A stretch of DNA of 50,463 bases from a virus (lineage: Duplodnaviria; Caudoviricetes), in IMG/VR virus record IMGVR_UViG_3300029822_000480, positions 1 through 50,463 of that record. One strand, given 5' to 3'. Below are positions 44,587-50,463 of the stretch, in pieces. The notes beneath the pieces were generated by a model. The model made no database searches. It saw only the letters and a list, made by a program, of their open reading frames with translations, and had not been told where the DNA came from. Every line of letters starts with the position of its first letter. Within the stretch, counting starts at the first letter, position 1. Both the position numbers and the translations under genes were made by a program.

Positions 44587-45051
44587 TTATCCCAATAACA
44601 TTTCTTTATATAAATTTTTGAATTGCTCCCCCATGTAATCTGCAAGTTCTTTAGATTTTAAACACAAGCGAACGCCGATATTCGTATACGCAAACGAAGA
44701 CGAATTATACGAAAACGAGCACCCGAGACCCGTATTTGACCAGGTAAAATAACAATACCATTTGCTTTGTTTAAAATCGTTAAAATCAGGCTTCCATCCC
44801 TCATTAAGAGCTTCAATAATTATCTCGAGCATTCTTCTTGCAATTTCACGAGGGTATAAATTCTTTTCGTTAAAGTGGTCTCGTTTTAATACTTCAAGAG
44901 CATCTTCATAAGTTTTTACTATGTCTATAATGCTTACTGGTTTAAGTTCAGGAAATAATTCCTCTAATTCTAATTTTCTTTCTTGACTTGCTCCACTATG
45001 AAGTAGTTTTGCTTCATCAAAGGAAAGGCTTAATTTAATTTGTTTCTTCAT
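44587..45051 (-). CDS. Phage protein with a DGR-variable-region-like segment
   Basis: VKTYEDA...ALNEGW.PD...W..YF followed by SNTGLGCSFSYNSSSFAYTNIGVRL. Confidence 0.75.
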   Translation of the reverse strand: MKKQIKLSLSFDEAKLLHSGASQERKLELEELFPELKPVSIIDIVKTYEDALEVLKRDHFNEKNLYPREIARRMLEIIIEALNEGWKPDFNDFKQSKWYCYFTWSNTGLGCSFSYNSSSFAYTNIGVRLCLKSKELADYMGEQFKNLYKEMLLG

Positions 45052-45091
45052 TTTCTTTTTTGTTTTTATTGGTTTGTATTTATTTATTTAG

Positions 45092-45871
45092 TTATGATAT
45101 TTGTTTTTTTAATTTCTTTCTTAAGAAGGCTCTTCCTAATTCAGTAACAACAAGTGTTGTGCTTGTTCCTTGCGTGCCATCTTTACGGAAGAAAGGATAA
45201 GTCCTCGTTGCAAAATATCCTTGTGTGGAATATTTGGAGTAAGGAAGATATTTATCTCCCTGTTTGAAGATTATGCCTAATGTTCTACATTTGTTATATA
45301 AGGAGATTGCAGACGATAGTCCTAAGCTCTTAGCAACTTCACTAAAAGTATATGTGTCTGTGCTATTAAGAACTTGGTCAGTGTATTCTGCCTTAGGAGC
45401 AAGTATCTTCTTTTCTTCTTGTAAGATTTGATTGGTATGTTTGAGGATTTGGTTTTGTTGGGTTTGACTTTCAATTGTTTTTTGAGCAAGAATTAGAGCT
45501 TTTGCCATAATTACATCAGGAGTATCATCTTCCTCTGTTTTTATGTATCCACCAGTTTTTCTAATCTGAGGTAAAACTTCACTTGTTACCCATTTTCTGA
45601 ATTGCTTTGCTTCAGGTTTGCGACTGTCTAATATTACATCATAAAGTCCGTCCTCATTTACGAAATTTGCATTCTGTTGTCTTCCAAGACTGTCATATAT
45701 GGGTTGGATTGAAACCACCCCATCGTCTAACCTTTGTCTTACATCTCCTTGACGCAAATCTAATGCTTGGCAAACATCAGTTAAGCAAAATAAAGGTTCA
45801 TTGTTTTCTGTTGTTACTATTCTAACTGCTCCAAAAGTTGGATTGTCGAAAATTTGAATTTTATTTTCCAT
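45092..45871 (-). CDS. Antirepressor, BRO-N plus ANT/KilA-C domains
   Basis: F.N..FG.VR, FVNEDGLY.VI..SRKPEAK.FRKWVT.EVLP.IRKTGGY and PKAEY...VTELGR. Confidence 0.9.
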   Translation of the reverse strand: MENKIQIFDNPTFGAVRIVTTENNEPLFCLTDVCQALDLRQGDVRQRLDDGVVSIQPIYDSLGRQQNANFVNEDGLYDVILDSRKPEAKQFRKWVTSEVLPQIRKTGGYIKTEEDDTPDVIMAKALILAQKTIESQTQQNQILKHTNQILQEEKKILAPKAEYTDQVLNSTDTYTFSEVAKSLGLSSAISLYNKCRTLGIIFKQGDKYLPYSKYSTQGYFATRTYPFFRKDGTQGTSTTLVVTELGRAFLRKKLKKQIS

Positions 45872-45892
45872 AAAGATTATTTTTTATTTGGT

Positions 45893-46141
45893 TTATTTCT
45901 TTCTTGTTCTACTTCTTTTTTTTAGTATCAATGCCTTAGAGCCCCATTTATTTATTGCATATTCTCTTATTTGTACTGCTTGTTCGGAGTTGGATAAGTA
46001 ATGAAGAGCGTATGAGACGGCTTGAGCTGAACAGCCAAATAGTTTTGCTATTTCTTTGTTTGCACCAAACGGAACAGGGACACAAGGTTTCTTTTTTTTA
46101 ACTTCTTCCTCTGTTACTTGGTTTGTATTAGTTTTTTCCAT
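45893..46141 (-). CDS. Cro-like HTH protein
   Basis: EIAKLFGCSAQAVSYAL HTH; first gene of the early operon, divergent from the cI relic. Confidence 0.7.
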   Translation of the reverse strand: MEKTNTNQVTEEEVKKKKPCVPVPFGANKEIAKLFGCSAQAVSYALHYLSNSEQAVQIREYAINKWGSKALILKKRSRTRKK

Positions 46142-46202
46142 AATTTTGTAACCTTATATTTGATAATTCGTTTAATAGTTAAATTGATTTGTTATTACGA
46201 TG

Positions 46203-46247
46203 CAAAGATAAACAATTTTATTGATTTGTCAACATTTTTATTGATTT
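46203..46247. promoter_or_regulatory. Early promoter (TATCTTTG, minus strand) with two operator-like direct repeats
   Basis: CAAAGATA at 46203-46210, then AACAATTTTATTGATTT (46211) and AACATTTTTATTGATTT (46231), 20 bp apart. Confidence 0.65.
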
Positions 46248-46268
46248 ATTTTCTATAATTAAGCCTAT

Positions 46269-46346
46269 ATGGTCGATAAAAGTTTGATATTGAAAGAATT
46301 AAAAAAGTATAAAAAATTCACTACTGATGCTGAATTTGCCCAATTT
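46269..46346 (+). pseudogene. Truncated CI-like repressor N-terminus
   Basis: MVDKSLILKELKKYKKFTTDAEFAQF resembles phage CI HTH starts and is divergent from the cro-like gene; it then runs into the antisense of another gene. Confidence 0.65.
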
Positions 46347-46554
46347 CAATGCTCTTTTTTACAAAATCTACTTTCATATCCAAAGCTTCAGCAATACGTT
46401 GGAGTAAGTCAAATCCTGTTGAGCATTTGCCTTGTTCTATTCTTGAAATATGAGCCCTTTGCATACCTACTTTTTGAGCTAATATTTCTTGAGTGAACCC
46501 TTTTTTCTTCCTCTCTTCCCTAATCCTTTCTCCTATTCTTTTCCTCTCATTCAT
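46321..46554 (-). CDS. XRE-family HTH protein
   Basis: IGERIREERKKKGFTQEILAQKVGMQRAHISRIEQG; likely start ATG at 46554; the last ~10 codons overlap the cI relic. Confidence 0.85.
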   Translation of the reverse strand: MNERKRIGERIREERKKKGFTQEILAQKVGMQRAHISRIEQGKCSTGFDLLQRIAEALDMKVDFVKKSIEIGQIQHQ

Positions 46555-46574
46555 TTCTAAAAATCTTTTGAATT
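46504..46574. repeat. Second copy of the 2065-2135 repeat
   Basis: 31-bp identical core 46544-46574. Confidence 0.9.
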
Positions 46575-46727
46575 CCTCATTCTCTAAGAGGTAGTGAGCT
46601 AAATCATCAAACAGGAGTAGTCGAGACTTCAAAATAATAAAAGAAAATTAAAATAAGCCTAAATTAAGGGATTAACACAACTTTTAAGGATTCAATTCCG
46701 AAAAAGTTGTACTTTTACTCACTTTTG

Positions 46728-46803
46728 TGCGTTGTGCTGGATTAGAACCAGCGACCCCTACCCTGTCAAGGTAATGCTCTAAACCTGTCTGAGCTAACAA
46801 CGC
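46728..46803 (-). tRNA. tRNA-Val (GAC)
   Basis: GCGTTGT acceptor pairs with ACAACGC; GCTC/GAGC D-stem; TTACC-TTGACAG-GGTAG anticodon arm; GCTGG-TTCTAAT-CCAGC T-arm; no encoded CCA. Confidence 0.9.
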
Positions 46804-46819
46804 CTATAGATTGAGTTTG

Positions 46820-46827
46820 CAAAGATA
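46820..46827 (-). promoter_or_regulatory. -7 promoter element (TATCTTTG) for the tRNA
   Basis: TAnnTTTG 16 nt upstream of the tRNA 5' end. Confidence 0.65.
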
Positions 46828-46839
46828 AGGAAATATCTT

Positions 46840-47856
46840 TTACAAACAAGCGGAATAAGGCAAACCCTTAATGTAGTTTTCCATATACTCCCAGTCTGGA
46901 TTACCCTCTTTTGTTACTGGGAGTTTAATTTTGTGATTTTTAATTTTAGCTAAACCCCATTTTCTGCCATAAGAAAACCTATACACTTCTTTTTCTATTA
47001 CTGAAATTATAAATAGCAAAATATACTGATTAGAGTTAAACTTTGGTATCAAAACATTAACATCGCCAGTTGCACAAAAATCTAATGGTTGATAAAAAGA
47101 AATACCAGGCTTTCCATTTGAAGCAACTGTAATTACCCCTCCTTCAAATATTTCTTCTGAATATTGCACCATTTCATTTATACCATTATTTAACTGAGTA
47201 GCACTAACTAATGGAATATCCCCGTCTTTTAAAAGGTTATTTATTATCTCATGCCCTTTGTAAATATCAAACAATTTCTTAATCTCAAACCAGTTCCAAT
47301 TTTCAGTATTAAGTGAAATTTTAGTTGAAGAAAGAGGCTTGTTATTAAATTGATTTTCCCAAATTGATTTTGTTTTTATTGGTAATGATGATATTATTTC
47401 CTTTATGTGATTTTCTATATACTCCCAATCTGGCACCGCTTCATTGTCATCATTAAATTTGAATGGTAGTTTTATCCTCAAAAAATTCAACCTTTCTTTT
47501 TTTCCAGTTACTCCATAAGAAAAACGATATTTCTCCTTATATATTAAAGAGACAATAAACATTGCAATATACCGATTTAATTGTTTATTTTTAAGATAAA
47601 TAACATTAGCATTATCCGAAACCCAAACTTTACCTTTATGGTAAAATACTTCACCTATTGAACCATAACAAGCAAAAGAAATACAATTTTCATCTGTATA
47701 GCCATTGTTAATATAATTATCAACACCATTATTTACAGAGGAAGAACTTATATAAGGAATTTGTCCAATTTCTTGAGAAGACAATGTTAGTCTTTTGCCT
47801 TTTTTTATATCAAAAACCTCATCGTATCTAAACCATTTCCAATTTATTATGTCCAT
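46840..47856 (-). CDS. Restriction-modification specificity (S) subunit, two TRDs (BcgI-beta-like)
   Basis: Two repeated halves: W.WF....FDI.KG...IP.ISS...NNG...YRFSYG...IKLP....PDWEY.EN.I. Confidence 0.9.
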   Translation of the reverse strand: MDIINWKWFRYDEVFDIKKGKRLTLSSQEIGQIPYISSSSVNNGVDNYINNGYTDENCISFACYGSIGEVFYHKGKVWVSDNANVIYLKNKQLNRYIAMFIVSLIYKEKYRFSYGVTGKKERLNFLRIKLPFKFNDDNEAVPDWEYIENHIKEIISSLPIKTKSIWENQFNNKPLSSTKISLNTENWNWFEIKKLFDIYKGHEIINNLLKDGDIPLVSATQLNNGINEMVQYSEEIFEGGVITVASNGKPGISFYQPLDFCATGDVNVLIPKFNSNQYILLFIISVIEKEVYRFSYGRKWGLAKIKNHKIKLPVTKEGNPDWEYMENYIKGLPYSACL

Positions 47857-47858
47857 AA

Positions 47859-49613
47859 CTAAAAATCTTCATTCTGAACTAGAAAGGCAGCATAATCACG
47901 CATTTTCTTAATAAAGTCTTCATCAGTAATCGTACTATAATCCGTTTCCATATAAGCCTCTGCACACCATTCATCTTCAGCTGTTATTTTCCTTATAACG
48001 CTTTTTCCTGCCACAGAGCTTCTATGATTATATAAATCAATCCATTCTTTTTCTATTTTTGCCCATTCATTTTTTGCATCAGTCCTTCCAATCCCTTTTC
48101 GTTTTTCAAATCCATCATTTTTAAAGTATCCAAAGAATGTTTCATTGTCTTTTGGGTGAGGCTTTCCTAAGTCAAAAACCATACAACACGCTACCGCACT
48201 TGCCCCAGGATAAAACATTTCATCAGGGAATGAAAAAACAGCATCTAATGTATGATGCTCTAATAATTCTTGTTTAATATTTCCTATTATACCTTTATTA
48301 GAAACAGCACATGCCATAGGCAGAAGTGTAACCAATCGTCCTCGTTTTACACATTCAGCAATAAAGGAAACAAAAAACAAACCTTTTGAAGGGTCAGTAC
48401 TTGCTTTTCCCCAAGTTTTTCCAAATTCTCTGGGAACCTGATTCTTTGAAGCATTATAAGGAGGATTCATTAGAACAAGGTCAACATCTGCTTTTTCTAT
48501 CCATATTTTTTCATCAAAACATGAAGCCATTCTTATATTTGAATTGCCATCTCCATGTATAAGCATATTAGTTGTTGCTAATCCAAAAACATTTTCATCT
48601 TTCTCTATTCCATAAATATTTTGTTTCATAACAATTTCTCTTTCTTTATCTGTTCTGCAGTCCTGCAAAGCTTGTGTCATAGCTTGAACTACAAGCGTTC
48701 CCGAACCACATGTTGGGTCCAGCACCTTTGTTACTTTAGTTACCCCTCCTATTTTACACATAAAATGTGATATATGATTTGGAGTAAATGCTTGATTTTT
48801 ATCTTCACGAGCAACATATTTATTGAATGTTGTAAAGAAATAACTTAATATATCGTGTCCTTCTTGAGTCGCTTCATTAATATATGGCAGTATATTTAAA
48901 TTGATATAATCTAATAGTTTGTGAAAACTATCAGATTCTATCTCTTCAACTGCTTGGTTTTGTAAAACTCTTACATTTAATATAGATAATTTTGTAGCTT
49001 TATCCATGCTATTATTAAGTAAGCTTCCTAATTTTTGCTTAATTCCTGCAATAATTTGTGCAGTATCAATATTTTTATATATTAATCCGTTTTTCAATGC
49101 TAAAAGGCATGTACCAACAAATTGGCTCCTTAAAGACTCTATAACTCCATTATCATGTAAAATACGATTAAGTTTTGATGTGTTTTCAAGTACAGCAGTC
49201 TTATCATTAATATTTTTAGGCTTAAAATAATCTATATATTCTTGAAATGACTTTAGTTTTACATCATCTATTTCCTCTTCAATACCATCATCAATTTTCC
49301 ATACTTTAATCTTATTATTACTTGTATTTGCAAGGATTGCAATAATTTTTGTATTGCTTGATATCTTTTGCTCCAAAGCAACATATGAGAATAATTGTTT
49401 TTTGTCTTTTGGAGAAAAAATTTGCTTTGTTTCTACTAAAACAGCAACTTTAGATGAATTATCATAAAAACGAATATCTAATCTGTAACTACCTTTTATT
49501 TTTTCTTTTAACTCTTGAACATAGCTAAATTCACCATTTTCTATATTGCTGGTTAAAAAACTCTCTCCTATTATCTTTATTATTTCTATTCTTTCCCTGT
49601 GTGGCTTAATCAT
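47859..49613 (-). CDS. Fused endonuclease-N6A methyltransferase (Type IIB/IIG, BcgI-alpha-like)
   Basis: N-terminal LD...VETK PD-(D/E)XK-like motif, FTPNH, VLDPTCGSG, NMLIHGDG and LMNPPY. Confidence 0.9.
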   Translation of the reverse strand: MIKPHRERIEIIKIIGESFLTSNIENGEFSYVQELKEKIKGSYRLDIRFYDNSSKVAVLVETKQIFSPKDKKQLFSYVALEQKISSNTKIIAILANTSNNKIKVWKIDDGIEEEIDDVKLKSFQEYIDYFKPKNINDKTAVLENTSKLNRILHDNGVIESLRSQFVGTCLLALKNGLIYKNIDTAQIIAGIKQKLGSLLNNSMDKATKLSILNVRVLQNQAVEEIESDSFHKLLDYINLNILPYINEATQEGHDILSYFFTTFNKYVAREDKNQAFTPNHISHFMCKIGGVTKVTKVLDPTCGSGTLVVQAMTQALQDCRTDKEREIVMKQNIYGIEKDENVFGLATTNMLIHGDGNSNIRMASCFDEKIWIEKADVDLVLMNPPYNASKNQVPREFGKTWGKASTDPSKGLFFVSFIAECVKRGRLVTLLPMACAVSNKGIIGNIKQELLEHHTLDAVFSFPDEMFYPGASAVACCMVFDLGKPHPKDNETFFGYFKNDGFEKRKGIGRTDAKNEWAKIEKEWIDLYNHRSSVAGKSVIRKITAEDEWCAEAYMETDYSTITDEDFIKKMRDYAAFLVQNEDF

Positions 49614-49827
49614 TTTTCACTCTATTTTTATTTGTTATAGATAATTCTAAATCTAAAGCCTCACAAATTTTACTCAAACTATCGAAAGAAAGTCCTCTTC
49701 TCCCTTTCTCCACTGCAATAATATTATTGTGAGTGGCTAAACCTAACTTCTTAGCCAATTGAATTTGAGTTAATCCAAGTTCAATTCTCCTGTTTTTAAT
49801 TATTATTCCGACTTCTTCTTTGGTCAT
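49606..49827 (-). CDS. XRE HTH protein, possible R-M controller
   Basis: IKNRRIELGLTQIQLAKKLG...VEKG; overlaps the start of the R-M gene. Confidence 0.8.
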   Translation of the reverse strand: MTKEEVGIIIKNRRIELGLTQIQLAKKLGLATHNNIIAVEKGRRGLSFDSLSKICEALDLELSITNKNRVKND

Positions 49828-49859
49828 TGTTAGTTGTTTTTTTAATTGTTCGTTATTGT

Positions 49860-50399
49860 TTATTTCTGTAACCCAATAATATAATTATGGGTATCGTGGC
49901 TGAAGTTTATTGATAATTTATTTATCTTTTCAAAAAATCTACCTTGATAAGTAATAACAACTTCATCATCTCCACAAGTCAATAATTCATTATATACTTC
50001 TTTTATTTCTTTAACCCAGTTTTCTACATCTTCCATAACTTGCTTCTGATAAGCATCGGCATCATCACATTCAAAATAATCATCTCCATAATCATTACTA
50101 CTGTTTTTAAATGGTTCTGTTGCTATTCCTTGACGCTCGTACAGTTGCCAACCATCTCTTTTATGTAGATTAATTGGATTAAGGTTGTATTTTGTTGCTA
50201 CTTCTTCTAATTGCTCCCAATTATCAAAGCCAACAATTGCATCTTGTATATTTTCAGGATAACCATTCATTCCTGACGTGGTTTCAACATACTTCAATCC
50301 TTCAATATCTGCAATTTCTGCCAAATTTAATTCTTCCTTTTCTTCATAAGCTACCTCAAAATTGCTTGGATAATGCTTAATGTTTACTAATTTTTTCAT
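49860..50399 (-). CDS. Hypothetical acidic phage protein
   Basis: 179-aa ORF directly after the promoter in the terminal repeat. Confidence 0.75.
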   Translation of the reverse strand: MKKLVNIKHYPSNFEVAYEEKEELNLAEIADIEGLKYVETTSGMNGYPENIQDAIVGFDNWEQLEEVATKYNLNPINLHKRDGWQLYERQGIATEPFKNSSNDYGDDYFECDDADAYQKQVMEDVENWVKEIKEVYNELLTCGDDEVVITYQGRFFEKINKLSINFSHDTHNYIIGLQK

Positions 50400-50463
50400 T
50401 TTGTTTGTTTTTTTTGGTTATTAATTATGCAAAAGTATATATGTTTATTATGTTATTCCAAAT
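50395..50463. repeat. Second copy of the 69-bp repeat (751-819), containing a promoter
   Basis: Exact match; TACTTTTG -7 element at 50430-50437. Confidence 0.95.

Noticed and set aside
46728-46803. tRNA as an integration site
   Set aside because: No second copy of its 3' end was seen and there is no adjacent recombinase.
232-50380. Numerous short plus-strand ORFs in the ORF track
   Set aside because: They lie antisense to long minus-strand genes, mostly begin at non-ATG codons and have the S/F/L-rich composition of shadow frames. Only the start of 46269 is kept, as a cI relic.
1-50463. Genome-wide stop-codon reassignment
   Set aside because: Standard code 11 gives dense, full-length genes, and TAA, TAG and TGA all end genes. 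The TAA at 34592 is a local case.
1-50463. CRISPR array, retron or complete DGR
   Set aside because: No regularly spaced repeat-spacer array, no ORF with reverse-transcriptase motifs and no template repeat were seen.

Overview
AT-rich, essentially complete (~50 kb) genome of a long-tailed (siphovirus-like) phage. The host is very probably a Bacteroidota species, judged from TAnnTTTG -7 promoters, A-rich leaders without Shine-Dalgarno sites and BACON domains. Nearly all genes are on the minus strand. Read in the direction of transcription (high to low coordinates), the order is: Type IIB-like R-M cassette with controller HTH, tRNA-Val(GAC), broken cI/cro switch, antirepressor, RecT/SbcC-like/MBL recombination genes, replication initiator with internal iterons, resolvase, DNA methyltransferases and a PAPS-reductase-family gene, SSB, terminase, portal, MuF head protein, capsid, tail, lysis, and an SNF2/IbrA/IbrB/radical SAM cluster. 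The window end repeats positions 751-819 exactly, consistent with a circular genome. No integrase, reverse transcriptase or CRISPR array was seen. The most notable items are: (1) a MuF protein with a 148-aa mini-intein in its HPNCRC motif and a C-terminal ADP-ribosyltransferase-like domain with no immunity gene; (2) a candidate DNA-modification cluster with a tandem-duplicated radical SAM gene; (3) an apparent orphan DGR variable region without TR or RT; (4) a methyltransferase interrupted by an in-frame 12-nt stop-containing insert, a possible ribosomal bypass; (5) a late-gene 3' UTR complementary to a leader shared by early genes; (6) a palindrome shared by three late promoters; (7) repeat scars that define an acquired island, plus relics of cI and of a displaced amidase. 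All calls come from reading motifs by eye; no searches were run.
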